NCBI GenBank assembly: GCA_021845885.1
Contig: JAJZVB010000001.1
Location: 1-56,963 of the forward strand
DNA length: 56,963 bases
Direction of reading: 5' to 3'
Origin: Pseudomonadota bacterium
GTDB lineage: Bacteria > Pseudomonadota > Gammaproteobacteria > Burkholderiales > JABEVD01
The first letter of the stretch is position 1. Each line of letters begins with the position of its first letter. Under the pieces are notes generated by a model that searched no databases, was not told where the DNA came from, and saw only the letters and a program-made list of their open reading frames with translations. A program made the translations under genes and the position numbers. Below are positions 38,389-49,252 of the stretch, in pieces.

Positions 38389-39118
38389 AAGCGAGGGGAA
38401 GGGTAGGGAAGTCGTCCTGCTCCACGGATGGGGAATGCATTGCGGATATTGGAAGGCCGTTTCAGATCCGCTTTCGAAAAGATTCAGGGTGCATCTTGTC
38501 GATCTTCCCGGTCACGGGCTGAGCCGTTCTTGGAAAGGAGACTGGGTCGATATCCTGGCCGAATGCTTCCCATGCGAAGTCAGCATTTGCGGCTGGTCCC
38601 TGGGCGGTCAGCTCGCCATGGAATGGGCATGGAAATATCCTGAAAGGGTATCGAAGCTTGCGCTTGTCTCGAGCACGCCTTCTTTCGTCATGAGGAATGA
38701 CTGGATACACGGGATTTCAAGAGAAGTTTTCATGGCCTTCCACGATGGCGTGGGAAAAAATGCGAAGGAAACATTGAGGCGCTTCCTTTTTCTCCAGATT
38801 CAGGGCGGAAAAGAAGGAAGGGCGCTTCTCAGGAAGCTCCAGCTTGAACTGAAGGAGACCGAAATGGAAGAGTTGGAAAACGGGCTGGATTTGCTGCAGG
38901 AGCTCGATCTCAGGACGAAGGCGAAATCATTGAGTCAGCCTGTCCTGATCATTCATGGGGAAGGGGATAGGCTGGCGCCCGTGGGTGCCGGGAAATGGCT
39001 CGCGGAAAACCTGAATAATGCGAAACTGGAAATCATTCCCGATTGCGCCCATGCGCCGATTCTTTCCCATCCAGATTTTTGTTTTTCGAAGCTTGCGGAA
39101 TTTTTAGATGGACACTGA
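38372..39118 (+). CDS. bioH: Pimeloyl-ACP methyl ester carboxylesterase
   Basis: Alpha/beta hydrolase with LLHGWG and the nucleophile elbow GWSLGG. It sits between bioF and bioC. Confidence 0.85.
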   Translation: MKLHVESEGKGREVVLLHGWGMHCGYWKAVSDPLSKRFRVHLVDLPGHGLSRSWKGDWVDILAECFPCEVSICGWSLGGQLAMEWAWKYPERVSKLALVSSTPSFVMRNDWIHGISREVFMAFHDGVGKNAKETLRRFLFLQIQGGKEGRALLRKLQLELKETEMEELENGLDLLQELDLRTKAKSLSQPVLIIHGEGDRLAPVGAGKWLAENLNNAKLEIIPDCAHAPILSHPDFCFSKLAEFLDGH

Positions 39119-39959
39119 TTATCTGACCGAAAAGCATCTTGTCAGGCGGGCCTTCGACAAGGCGGCCAAAAGCTACGACGGTTCGGCCGTATTGCAAAGG
39201 GAAGTGGGCGAAAGAATGCTCTCCCGCCTGGATTATGTCAACATTTCGCCAGAGATGATACTCGATGCAGGATCGGGGACCGGGGCCGGGAAGCGCAGCC
39301 TGGGGGAAATCTATCCGGAAGCCCGCATCGTCGAACTCGATCTTTCCCTTGCCATGCTGCTGCAGGCCCGTCCGGCTTGGTTGAAAAGGCTGTTCAACAA
39401 GCCCCTGCAAATTTGCGGCGACATCGAAAATCTCCCCATTCAATCCTCCTCCATGGACATGATCTGGTCCAATCTCGCTTTGCAATGGTGCAACGATCTG
39501 GGTTCAGCCCTTTCAGGAATAAGCCGCATCCTGAAGCCGAACGGGCTTTTCATGTTCAGCACGTTCGGCCCGGATACGCTGAAGGAATTGCGCGAAGCTT
39601 TTCAGGATTCCCGTGCCCACGTCAACCGCTTCGTTGACATGCACGATATCGGGGATGCATTGCTGCATTCGGGTTTTTCCATGCCTGTCATGGATATGGA
39701 ATACATCACCCTGACCTATGAGGATGTCAGGGGCGTGATGAAGGATCTCAAGGCGATCGGTGCTCACAATGCCCTCCAGGGCAGACCCCGCGGCCTTTTC
39801 GGAAAAACCGCATGGCATCGCGTTCTCGAGCATTACGAATCGAGGCGGAAAGAAGGGCGCCTTCCCGCGACTTTCGAAGTGGTCTACGGGCACGCATGGA
39901 AACCGGAACCCAGCAGCTTTCCCGAGGGCAGTCATATCATCAGGTTTTCCGGAAAATGA
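39108..39959 (+). CDS. bioC: Malonyl-ACP O-methyltransferase
   Basis: SAM-binding motif ILDAGSGTG and its position in the bio operon. Confidence 0.85.
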   Translation: MDTDYLTEKHLVRRAFDKAAKSYDGSAVLQREVGERMLSRLDYVNISPEMILDAGSGTGAGKRSLGEIYPEARIVELDLSLAMLLQARPAWLKRLFNKPLQICGDIENLPIQSSSMDMIWSNLALQWCNDLGSALSGISRILKPNGLFMFSTFGPDTLKELREAFQDSRAHVNRFVDMHDIGDALLHSGFSMPVMDMEYITLTYEDVRGVMKDLKAIGAHNALQGRPRGLFGKTAWHRVLEHYESRRKEGRLPATFEVVYGHAWKPEPSSFPEGSHIIRFSGK

Positions 39960-40579
39960 GGAAGGGATATTTCGTCACAGGAACCGATACCGGGGTGGGC
40001 AAGACGACGGTGAGCTGCGCATTGATACGCTCTTTTTCGAGGCTGGGCAAAAGGGCGGCGGGAATGAAGCCGGTCAGCTCGGGCGGAGACGATGCCGCGC
40101 ATCTTGCTTCGGCAGGAGGACTCGAACTGCCCAGGGGGATTTCCTGTGTCTACGATCTGCCGGAACCCGTTGCGCCCCATATCGCGGCAAGCCATGCCGG
40201 AATCAGGATAGAAATGGACAGGATCGTTCATGCCTATCGAACCATTGAAGCCGATGTCGTCATTGTCGAGGGAATCGGCGGCCTTCTTGTTCCCCTCGAC
40301 GAAAATCACGATACTTCGGATCTCATCAGGCTTCTCGGCCTTCCCGTGATACTCGTGGTGGGCATGAGGCTTGGCGCGATCAATCACGCCCTTTTGACAG
40401 CCGATACCCTGAAATCGAGGGGGCTGCATCTCGCAGGATGGGTGGCGAACAGGATGGCTCCAGAAATGAGGGCATTCGATGAAGTGAAGGAGGCGATCGA
40501 ATCCCGCATCGATGCGCCCCTGATCGATGTGCTTCCCTACGGAGGGAAATCCCTCATCGACCTGTCGAAGCTTTCCTGA
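39956..40579 (+). CDS. bioD: Dethiobiotin synthase
   Basis: The ATG at 39956 makes an ATGA overlap with the bioC stop. P-loop FVTGTDTGVGKT and the VEGIGGLLVPL motif. Confidence 0.9.
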   Translation: MRKGYFVTGTDTGVGKTTVSCALIRSFSRLGKRAAGMKPVSSGGDDAAHLASAGGLELPRGISCVYDLPEPVAPHIAASHAGIRIEMDRIVHAYRTIEADVVIVEGIGGLLVPLDENHDTSDLIRLLGLPVILVVGMRLGAINHALLTADTLKSRGLHLAGWVANRMAPEMRAFDEVKEAIESRIDAPLIDVLPYGGKSLIDLSKLS

Positions 40580-40580
40580 A

Positions 40581-41000
40581 TCAGGCTTCTTCGAATACCT
40601 CGAAATCGTGGCTGATGACTGCTGTCTTGCCGAGCATGATCGAAGCGGAGCAGTATTTCTCGGCGGAAAGCGAAATCGCCCGTTCCACCTGGAGGGAATT
40701 GAGCCCTTTCCCCTTGACGGCGAAATGGAAGTGGATTTTCGTGAATACCTTGGGATCCTCCGCGGCGCGCTCCGCTTCGATTTCAACGATGCAGTCCGAG
40801 ACAGCCTGACGCCCCTTTTTCAGGATATGCACCACGTCATAGGCGGTGCATCCGCCCGCGCCCAGGAGGAGCATTTCCATGGGGCGAGGCCCGAGATTGC
40901 GCCCTCCGCCTTCCGGCGGGCCGTCCATCAATACCGCATGGCCGCTTCCTGTTTCGCCAAGGAAACTGACGTTTTCCACCCACTTCACGCGTGCTTTCAT
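40581..41000 (-). CDS. OsmC-family peroxiredoxin-like protein
   Basis: GPRPMEMLLLGAGGCTAYDVV and the C-terminal AEKYCSAS match the two conserved Cys regions of OsmC/Ohr. Confidence 0.8.
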   Translation of the reverse strand: MKARVKWVENVSFLGETGSGHAVLMDGPPEGGGRNLGPRPMEMLLLGAGGCTAYDVVHILKKGRQAVSDCIVEIEAERAAEDPKVFTKIHFHFAVKGKGLNSLQVERAISLSAEKYCSASIMLGKTAVISHDFEVFEEA

Positions 41001-41022
41001 GATTTATCCCGATCTGTCGACA

Positions 41023-41775
41023 TCATGATTTTAACTCAAACTGGGCGATGCCGATGATTTCATGCATGAGAATCTTGCTTTTCAGGAGCGCTTCGGCGGA
41101 AGGGAGGAAAGACAGCAGATCGGTCCTGTAAGAAGTCGGGAAGCCTGTGGGTGCGGGAATGACGGTGAAGCCCGCATGCCTGAACATGAGTTCCGCTCTC
41201 GGCATATGCCAGGCCTGGCTGACGAGATAGATCGCCTGGATATTGTTTTTTTCTAGAATGATGGCGCTTTTCGAGACATTTTCCATTGTATTTTTCGAGG
41301 AGGATTCGGTCCATTTCACGGGCACATGGAAGTCATTGACAAGCGCCTCCTTCATCTGGGAGGCTTCCGAATCTTCATTGCCAAGCGGCGCGCCCCCGGC
41401 GACGAGGATCGGTTTTTCCGTCATCCTGTAGAGGCGGGCGGCGTATCGCAATCGCTCGAGTGTTGCGCGGTTGACGGTGTTTTCTCCTCCATATTCGGGC
41501 GCATCGAAATAACTCCCCCCGCCCAGAACCACAATGGCATCGGCATGGCCTGAAGGCGCGACATAAGGCCCCTCGAATTTTTTCATGGCCCAGTCTGAAA
41601 AGACGGGCGTTGAAATGAGATAGAGCAGAAGGAGCGAAAGGAGGGCGAGATCCCTGCCCAGCTTCGGCCTGATGCCGATCAAAAGAAGCCCCGTCATGCC
41701 GAGCAGAATCAGGTCGAGCGGGGGAAGAAGGCAGGCGCTGATCAGCCGAATATACATCGCATCCTCTGTTTCCAA
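41023..41775 (-). CDS. YdcF/ElyC-like DUF218 membrane protein
   Basis: N-terminal TM helices, then the DUF218 core DAIVVLGGG...LVSQAWHMPRA. The start may be Met7 at 41757. Confidence 0.7.
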   Translation of the reverse strand: METEDAMYIRLISACLLPPLDLILLGMTGLLLIGIRPKLGRDLALLSLLLLYLISTPVFSDWAMKKFEGPYVAPSGHADAIVVLGGGSYFDAPEYGGENTVNRATLERLRYAARLYRMTEKPILVAGGAPLGNEDSEASQMKEALVNDFHVPVKWTESSSKNTMENVSKSAIILEKNNIQAIYLVSQAWHMPRAELMFRHAGFTVIPAPTGFPTSYRTDLLSFLPSAEALLKSKILMHEIIGIAQFELKS

Positions 41776-41805
41776 TTGACATGACGGTTAAATCTAGCAT
41801 AGAAT
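41776..41805 (+). promoter_or_regulatory. Candidate sigma70 promoter for rplM-rpsI
   Basis: Perfect -35 TTGACA (41776..41781), an 18-nt spacer and -10 TAGAAT (41800..41805), about 38 nt upstream of the rplM ATG. Confidence 0.5.
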
Positions 41806-41842
41806 TCGCAACTTTCCCTCTTGAGTATCTAGGATCGGCTTC

Positions 41843-42280
41843 ATGAAAACATTTTCTGCTAAGCCTCAAGAAGTGCAGCACGACTGGATTCTGGTCGACG
41901 CGACCGACAAGGTTCTCGGGCGTCTCGCTTCCCAGATTGCCCATCGTCTGCGCGGCAAGCACAAGGCTATCTATACCCCGCATGTCGATACCGGCGATTA
42001 TGTCGTGGTCATCAATGCCGACAAGTTGCGGGTCACGGGCAACAAACCCGAAGCGAAGATCTATTACAGGCATACCGGCTATCCCGGCGGCATCTATGCG
42101 ACGAGCTTCTCGAAGATGCATGCCCGTTTTCCTGGGCGCGTTTTGCAGAAGGCAGTGAAAGGCATGCTGCCCAAGGGGCCGCTCGGCTATGCCATGCTCA
42201 AGAAGCTCAAGGTTTATGCGGGGCCGCAACATCCCCATTCGGCACAGCAGCCGCAACCCCTGGATATCGTGAAGGCATAA
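41843..42280 (+). CDS. rplM: 50S ribosomal protein L13
   Basis: [30 protein letters not shown]... is the canonical L13 N-terminus. Confidence 0.98.
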   Translation: MKTFSAKPQEVQHDWILVDATDKVLGRLASQIAHRLRGKHKAIYTPHVDTGDYVVVINADKLRVTGNKPEAKIYYRHTGYPGGIYATSFSKMHARFPGRVLQKAVKGMLPKGPLGYAMLKKLKVYAGPQHPHSAQQPQPLDIVKA

Positions 42281-42281
42281 T

Positions 42282-42674
42282 ATGGGCGCGAACTACAATT
42301 ACGGCACCGGAAGGCGCAAAAGCGCAGTTGCAAGGGTTTTCCTGAAGCCCGGCAAGGGCAGCATTGTCGTCAACGGCAAGCCCATAGACGAATTCTTTTC
42401 CAGGGAAACGGGACGCATGGTGGCCCGTCAGCCGCTCGTCCTGACCAACAATCTCGACCGTTTCGACATCATGGTCAACGTGATGGGCGGGGGCGAATCG
42501 GGCCAGGCCGGCGCAGTACGCCACGGTATCACCCGCGCATTGATCGATTACGACGCCGCGCTCAAGACGGAATTGAAGCGAGCTGGGCTCGTGACTCGAG
42601 ATGCCCGCGAGGTCGAGCGAAAGAAGGTGGGCTTGCACAAGGCGCGCAAGCGCAAGCAGTTCTCGAAGCGTTGA
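42282..42674 (+). CDS. rpsI: 30S ribosomal protein S9
   Basis: [13 protein letters not shown]... and C-terminal [17 protein letters not shown]. Confidence 0.98.
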   Translation: MGANYNYGTGRRKSAVARVFLKPGKGSIVVNGKPIDEFFSRETGRMVARQPLVLTNNLDRFDIMVNVMGGGESGQAGAVRHGITRALIDYDAALKTELKRAGLVTRDAREVERKKVGLHKARKRKQFSKR

Positions 42675-42682
42675 GCTTCCTC

Positions 42683-42715
42683 AAAAAGCCGCCTTTGGCG
42701 GCTTTTTTGTTTTTC
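42683..42715 (+). terminator. Rho-independent terminator after rpsI
   Basis: agccgcc (42687..42693), loop ttt, ggcggct (42697..42703), followed by tttttgttttt. Confidence 0.8.
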
Positions 42716-42750
42716 GGAAAAAAGTTATAGTTCATCATTGCGAGGTGATC

Positions 42751-43779
42751 ATGATCAAGGCAGGCATCGTAGGCGGGACTGGCTATACTGGCGTGGAATT
42801 GCTTCGCCTTCTGGCGAAGCATCCCGATGTGAAGCTCGAGGCGATCACTTCGCGTTCGGATGCGGGGACGAAAGTCAGCGAAATGTTCCCCAGCCTGAGG
42901 GGCAGGGTGGATATCGAATTCGTTCAGCCTGCCCCTGAGATTCTCGCTGGATGCGACGTCGTTTTCTTCGCCACGCCCAACGGCATCGCCATGAAGGAAG
43001 CGAAAATGCTTCTGGAGGCCGGCGTCAGGGTCATCGATCTGGCTGCCGACTTCAGGATCAGGGATGTGTCCGCATGGGAGAAATGGTACGGCATGAAGCA
43101 TGCCTCTCCCGAACTGCTCGAAGAGGCTATCTACGGCCTTCCAGAAGTCAACCGGGAAGCCATATCGAAGGCAAGGCTTGTCGCCAACCCGGGCTGTTAT
43201 CCCACCGCCGTGCAGCTCGGTTTCCTCCCCCTCATCGAAGAGGGCCTGGTCGATGTCGATCATCTGATCGCGGACGCCAAGTCCGGGGTGAGCGGAGCTG
43301 GGAAGAAGGCTGAAACAGGCTTCCTTTTTTCGGAGGCCTCGGACAATTTCAAGGCTTACGGCGTATCGGGGCACAGGCATCTTCCCGAAATCAGGCAGGG
43401 GCTTTCGCTGGCTGCGAAGAAGGAAGTCGGGCTCACTTTCGTTCCCCATCTCACGCCATTGATCCGCGGCATCCATGCCACCCTTTATGCCAGGCTGGCT
43501 GCGGACGCCGATCTCCAGGGGATTTTCGAGGAACGCTACAGGGACGAGCCTTTCGTCGATGTCATGCCCATGGGCAGCCATCCGGAAACCCGGAGCGTGC
43601 GCGGCGCCAACCTCTGCCGCCTCGCGGTGCACAGACCCCAGGGTTCCGACACGGTAGTGGTGCTTTCCGTGATCGACAATCTGGTGAAAGGCGCTGCAGG
43701 CCAGGCTGTGCAGAACATGAACATCATGTTCGGTTTTCAAGAACAAACCGGGATCGATATCGTCCCTATCCTGCCTTAG
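42751..43779 (+). CDS. argC: N-acetyl-gamma-glutamyl-phosphate reductase
   Basis: [21 protein letters not shown] is the internal Met of track ORF 42601..43779. Active-site region NPGCYPTA. Confidence 0.93.
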   Translation: MIKAGIVGGTGYTGVELLRLLAKHPDVKLEAITSRSDAGTKVSEMFPSLRGRVDIEFVQPAPEILAGCDVVFFATPNGIAMKEAKMLLEAGVRVIDLAADFRIRDVSAWEKWYGMKHASPELLEEAIYGLPEVNREAISKARLVANPGCYPTAVQLGFLPLIEEGLVDVDHLIADAKSGVSGAGKKAETGFLFSEASDNFKAYGVSGHRHLPEIRQGLSLAAKKEVGLTFVPHLTPLIRGIHATLYARLAADADLQGIFEERYRDEPFVDVMPMGSHPETRSVRGANLCRLAVHRPQGSDTVVVLSVIDNLVKGAAGQAVQNMNIMFGFQEQTGIDIVPILP

Positions 43780-45106
43780 GCTGGAGGGCGGCGAGCAGCT
43801 TTTCGTGGATGCCGCCGAAGCTGCCGTTGCTCATGACAATCACATGGTCGCCGGGTCTGGATTCTGTCGCGATCGAATCGACCAGCTGTTCAAGATCGGA
43901 ACAGACCCTGGCCCTTGCCCCAAGGGGAGAAAGGGCGGATTTCACGTCCCACCCGAGATCCTTGTCGTAGCAGAAAACCAGGTTCGCGCTTTCGAGGCTT
44001 TGGGCAAGCCTGTCCTTCATAACGCCCATTTTCATCGTGTTCGATCTCGGTTCGAGGACCGCGATGATCCGGTTGCCTTGGGCGATTTCCCTGAAACCCG
44101 AAAGCGTCTTGGAAATCGCCGTGGGATGATGGGCGAAATCGTCATAGATCGCGATTCCTCCCGCAATGCCCCTCAATTCCATGCGGCGCTTCACGTTCCT
44201 GAATCGGGAAAGGGCGTCTAGGCTCACCTTGGGGGGCACGCCGCAATGCCTTGCCGCAGCGATGGCCGCAAGGGCATTCGAGCGGTTGTGTTCACCGACG
44301 AGATCCCAGGAAAGCCGGCCTTCCTTCCCTTCGCCGAAACAGATATCAGCATTCCCATCGATATGCCAGCCTTCATCGTTCCCGAACCATTCGACAGGCG
44401 TCCAGCACCCTCGACCCAGCACCCTTTTCAGGCTCTCCTCCGTGCCGTTGGCGACGATCAGGCCGGAAGACGGGACGGTGCGGACGAGATGATGGAATTG
44501 CGTTTCGATCGAAGCAAGGTCGGGAAAAATGTCGGCATGATCGTATTCGAGGTTGTTGAGGATGGCGGTTCTCGGATGGTAGTGCACGAACTTGGATCGC
44601 TTGTCGAAAAAGGCGGTGTCGTATTCGTCGGCTTCGATCACGAAAAAAGGGGAGATCGTGAGTCTTGCCGAGAGTTCGAAATTCTGCGCCACGCCGCCTA
44701 TCAGAAAGCCGGGGTCGAGCCCGCCATATTCGAGTATCCAGGCAAGCATCGAAGTGGTCGTTGTTTTTCCGTGCGTTCCAGCGACAGCAAGCACCCACTT
44801 TTCTCTCAAAATGTTTTCGCGCAGCCATTGCGGGCCGGAAGTATAGGGCAGGTCCCGGTCGAGTATCGCTTCCATCAGCGGATTGCCCCTCGAGACCGCG
44901 TTGCCGATCACGTAGAGATCGGGTTGGAGATTGATTTGGGCGGGATCGTAGTCTTCGATCAGTTCGATGCCGAGCTTTTCAAGCTGCAGGCTCATGGGGG
45001 GGTAGACCGAGGTGTCGCATCCTGTCACGCGATGTCCAGAGGATTTGGCGAGCGCCGCAAGGCCTCCCATGAATGTGCCGCAGATGCCGAGGATATGGAT
45101 ATGCAT
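43766..45106 (-). CDS. mpl: UDP-N-acetylmuramate:L-alanyl-gamma-D-glutamyl-meso-DAP ligase
   Basis: [21 protein letters not shown] matches the Mpl N-terminus, and GTHGKTTT is the Mur-ligase P-loop. The track start at 45124 is an alternative. Confidence 0.9.
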   Translation of the reverse strand: MHIHILGICGTFMGGLAALAKSSGHRVTGCDTSVYPPMSLQLEKLGIELIEDYDPAQINLQPDLYVIGNAVSRGNPLMEAILDRDLPYTSGPQWLRENILREKWVLAVAGTHGKTTTTSMLAWILEYGGLDPGFLIGGVAQNFELSARLTISPFFVIEADEYDTAFFDKRSKFVHYHPRTAILNNLEYDHADIFPDLASIETQFHHLVRTVPSSGLIVANGTEESLKRVLGRGCWTPVEWFGNDEGWHIDGNADICFGEGKEGRLSWDLVGEHNRSNALAAIAAARHCGVPPKVSLDALSRFRNVKRRMELRGIAGGIAIYDDFAHHPTAISKTLSGFREIAQGNRIIAVLEPRSNTMKMGVMKDRLAQSLESANLVFCYDKDLGWDVKSALSPLGARARVCSDLEQLVDSIATESRPGDHVIVMSNGSFGGIHEKLLAALQPKAG

Positions 45107-45154
45107 GGAAGATTTCGCCGTCAAATCGGGAATTCTACCCGCTTTTCAGGCCGA

Positions 45155-45182
45155 CTTGAATTCCGGGATTATGCCGCTATAT
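45155..45182 (+). promoter_or_regulatory. Candidate sigma32 (heat-shock) promoter for the hsp20 gene
   Basis: CTTGAA (45155..45160), 13 nt, then CCGCTATAT (45174..45182). It resembles the CTTGAA-N13-17-CCCCATNT consensus imperfectly and lies ~35 nt upstream of the ATG. Confidence 0.35.
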
Positions 45183-45216
45183 TTGAATTACCGAACAGAC
45201 TTTACAGGAGGACATC

Positions 45217-45657
45217 ATGGCCAACATTTCCAGATGGGATCCGTTCCGGATCGAACCTTTCGACGATGCAATCGACAATCTTTTCAGGGGCTTCATGGTA
45301 CGACCCTTCAGTCTGGATGTGGAAAGGCAGGCGCCGCAAATCAAGGTGGACGTGAAGGAAGACGACAAGGCTTATACTGTTCATGCAGACATTCCGGGGG
45401 TCAAGAAGGAAGACATCCATGTGACGATAGACGGCAGGCTGGTTTCCCTTTCCGCCGAGACCAGGAAAGAGAAGGAGGAGAAGAAGGGTGAGACCGTATT
45501 GCGCTCGGAGCGCTATTACGGCAAGATTTCCCGCGCCTTTTCCCTTGATCAGGAAATCGATGAAGCGAACGCCCATGCGAAATACGCGGACGGCGTTCTC
45601 GAACTCACCCTGCCCAAGAAGGGAACCGTCGAGGCGAAGCGAGTGACCATAGAGTAA
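45217..45657 (+). CDS. Hsp20/alpha-crystallin small heat-shock protein
   Basis: ACD pattern: KVDVKEDDKAYTVHADIPGVKKEDIHV...RSERYYGKISRAFSL...DGVLELTLPK. Confidence 0.92.
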   Translation: MANISRWDPFRIEPFDDAIDNLFRGFMVRPFSLDVERQAPQIKVDVKEDDKAYTVHADIPGVKKEDIHVTIDGRLVSLSAETRKEKEEKKGETVLRSERYYGKISRAFSLDQEIDEANAHAKYADGVLELTLPKKGTVEAKRVTIE

Positions 45658-45670
45658 TCGCCCCGGCGGG

Positions 45671-45697
45671 AAAAACCCCTCGAACGAGGGGTTTTTC
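45671..45697 (+). terminator. Rho-independent terminator after hsp20
   Basis: aaaaacccctcg / cgaggggttttt hairpin followed by a T-run. Confidence 0.75.
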
Positions 45698-45752
45698 TTA
45701 TCCGGACAATGGCTTATAATCTCCCCAAATCAAAACGAGCTCGGGGGGGGGT

Positions 45753-47630
45753 ATGGAGCAGGTTGTTCTGGTGGCGGAACGTGATCAGGCTGCGCTTTCC
45801 CAGCTTTCCAATGCAATCAGGGGTTCTGGCTTCGCAGTCATCGAGGCGAAAGACTGGGCTCAGGCTCTCCGATTGTACGGGGAACGAAATCCAGATTTGG
45901 TCTTGCTGGGCGAAGGTATGGAAGAGGCCCTCGAAAAAATACCCGAGTCTGTTGTCGTCATGGTGATCAGCCCGGAGTCACTCCCTATCGTTTGCCAGCG
46001 CGGCATCAATGATTTCATTCTTAAACCGGTGGACTGGGATGCTTTCGGATACCGTATTCTTCACGCGATGCGCAACAACGGTATCATTAGAAGGCTCGAA
46101 TCGGTTTTGGAAGCCATTCCGGACCGACTTTTCCTGGTCGAAAAGAATGGCAACTGCAGGCAGATGTCGGGGCAATTTTCCGAAAAAAACCTGATTCCTC
46201 CCGTCTTCGGCAAAGCCGGAATTGCGATGGGAACAGGGAAGGTCCAGGAAACCGAATTCGAACTTCAGGAAGAAGACGGATTGCGTCATTTTGAAGCCAG
46301 GACAATCCCATTAGGGAATGAAGAGGCGATCGTATTGATTCGCGACATCACCGAAAGAAAACAGGCTGAAGAAAGAATGCGCCATGTCGCCTATTTCGAC
46401 AATCTCACCGGATTGCCCAATCGGCAGGCATTCCTGATCAACCTGGAAGCCGAGTTGAAACGCTCCGAGAGAGGCAAGCTTGCTGTATTCATGCTCGACA
46501 TCGACTCCTTTACGCGAATCAACGAGCTGCTCGGAAGGGATGTGGGCGATCACTTGCTTGAAGGCATGGCCGAAAGGCTTTCGAACTGCTTTTCCGAGGA
46601 AGAAAAGGTTTCGATTGCCCGATACGGCGGGGACGAGTTCGCCGTTCTGTTCTCCGGCATCGGGCGGGTTGAAAACGCATTTTCTTTGGCGAAGCGCATC
46701 AAGGATGCGGTAGGCCATCCCTTCGTCGTCGATTTGAGGCAGATCGTCGTGACCTGCGCCATAGGGATCTCGATTTGTCCAGAGGATTCCAGGGATGCAG
46801 CCTCTCTCCTCAAGTATGCAGAATTTGCAAAGCAGCGTGCCAGGGATTCTGGAAAGGACAGGATTCAGCTCTACAGCAGTTCGCTCACCAATCAGATGCT
46901 CTATCGAAGGGATCTGGAGAGCAGTCTGCGCAAGGCGCTGGAAAGGAAGGAATTCATGCTGCATTTCCAGCCGAGAGTGGAAATCTCGAATTCGAAAGTG
47001 GTCGGTGCGGAAGCCCTCATACGCTGGAGGCGCTCCGAGCATATCCTCGTGCCTCCCTCGGAGTTCATTCCCCTTGCCGAAGAGACAGGGCTGATCTTGC
47101 CGATGGGGGAATGGGTCTTGCGCACAGCCTGCCTTCAAGCTGCGGCATGGCGGGAAGCGGGATCGGAGATGAGTGTTTCGGTCAATCTTTCTCCCCATCA
47201 GCTGAGGGATGGGCACTTCAAGATGAAGGTCCTTTCCATCCTCGAAGAGACGGGGCTGGATCCCAATCTTCTCGAGCTCGAGATTTCGGAGGATGCGCTG
47301 ATGAACCTGGGCGATTCAAGCCCGCTCCATGATCTCGCTGAAAAAGGGTTGAGATTCGCTATCGACCGTTTTGGGGCGGGCTATACCTCGATGAGCAGGC
47401 TCAAGCGGTTCCATTTGAACACGCTGAAAATCGCCAGGGAATTCATTGCAGGTCTCGAGACCAGTCCTGAAGATGCAGCCATGATACGGGCCATCATCGC
47501 CATGGCTCAAAGCCTGAACATGGAAGTCGTCGCCATGGGCGTGGAAACCGTCGGACAGGCGGAAAGGCTCAATGACTACGGCTGCGCCCAGGCTCAGGGT
47601 TTCCTGTATGACAGGGTTTTTTCGGATTGA
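45753..47630 (+). CDS. Multidomain c-di-GMP protein: degenerate receiver - PAS-like - GGDEF - EAL
   Basis: The REC-like N-terminus has NPDLVLLGEGM, with G where the phospho-accepting Asp is expected. GGDEF is intact (RYGGDEFAV). The EAL domain has EALIRW but DRFGAG, LKIA and VAMGVET in place of the usual DDFGTG, LKID and AEGVE. Confidence 0.88.
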   Translation: MEQVVLVAERDQAALSQLSNAIRGSGFAVIEAKDWAQALRLYGERNPDLVLLGEGMEEALEKIPESVVVMVISPESLPIVCQRGINDFILKPVDWDAFGYRILHAMRNNGIIRRLESVLEAIPDRLFLVEKNGNCRQMSGQFSEKNLIPPVFGKAGIAMGTGKVQETEFELQEEDGLRHFEARTIPLGNEEAIVLIRDITERKQAEERMRHVAYFDNLTGLPNRQAFLINLEAELKRSERGKLAVFMLDIDSFTRINELLGRDVGDHLLEGMAERLSNCFSEEEKVSIARYGGDEFAVLFSGIGRVENAFSLAKRIKDAVGHPFVVDLRQIVVTCAIGISICPEDSRDAASLLKYAEFAKQRARDSGKDRIQLYSSSLTNQMLYRRDLESSLRKALERKEFMLHFQPRVEISNSKVVGAEALIRWRRSEHILVPPSEFIPLAEETGLILPMGEWVLRTACLQAAAWREAGSEMSVSVNLSPHQLRDGHFKMKVLSILEETGLDPNLLELEISEDALMNLGDSSPLHDLAEKGLRFAIDRFGAGYTSMSRLKRFHLNTLKIAREFIAGLETSPEDAAMIRAIIAMAQSLNMEVVAMGVETVGQAERLNDYGCAQAQGFLYDRVFSD

Positions 47631-47631
47631 C

Positions 47632-47658
47632 CGCCGGAAGGCCGGCCTGTTTTTGTTT
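47632..47658 (+). terminator. Weak candidate terminator after the GGDEF/EAL gene
   Basis: gccgg-aagg-ccggc short stem followed by ctgtttttgttt. Confidence 0.4.
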
Positions 47659-47675
47659 GCCCTGGTGAGGTGTAA

Positions 47676-48595
<920 letters not shown>

Positions 48596-48596
<1 letters not shown>

Positions 48597-49243
48597 TGCG
48601 CTCACGAAAACTATGGGTTTTCGATCTCGACAATACGCTCCATGATGCAGTGCCACATGTTTTTCCGCACATCAACAGGAGCATGACGGATTACCTGCAG
48701 GAACATCTGGGGCTCGAAAGGGAACAGGCCGATTGCTTGAGGAAACATTACTGGGAGAAATATGGGGCGACATTATGCGGGTTGATGCGCCATCACAAAA
48801 CCAGGCCGGACCATTTTCTGAGCCGTACCCATGATTTTCCCGAGCTTTCTAAAATGGTGGTATACGAGCCCATGCTGGGGAGGTCATTGCGCGCGCTGAA
48901 GGGAAGGAAAATCGTGTTTTCGAATGCCCCTTTGCAATATGCGGTTTCCGTGCTGAAAATTCTCGGTATCATGGCCTTTTTCGATGAAGTTTTTACCATA
49001 GAGCATTCGAAATACAGGCCGAAGCCCGATCGGTACGGATTTTTCAGAATCTTCAGGAAAATGGGGCTCAAACCGTCCAGCCTCATCATGGTCGAGGACG
49101 ATCCCGGGAATCTCAGGATGGCCAAGAGACTCGGGATGGGGACGGTTTGGGTGACCGCTTCCTTGCACAGGCCCGCCTACGTCGACATGAATGTGTCGTC
49201 CATCAGGGCGCTGGCAAGAAGGCAGTTCAGCTTATACAAGTAA
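48596..49243 (+). CDS. HAD-family pyrimidine 5'-nucleotidase
   Basis: The ATG at 48596 makes a TGATG overlap with the argB stop. HAD motif I is WVFDLDNTLHD. It is in frame with track ORF 48470..49243. Confidence 0.8.
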
Positions 49244-49252
49244 AGGAGAAGC

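Noticed and set aside
41375-43746. Long minus-strand ORFs 41375..42256 and 42562..43746
   Set aside because: They are antisense to ydcF-like/rplM and to rpsI/argC. Ribosomal protein and ArgC identities on the plus strand are certain.
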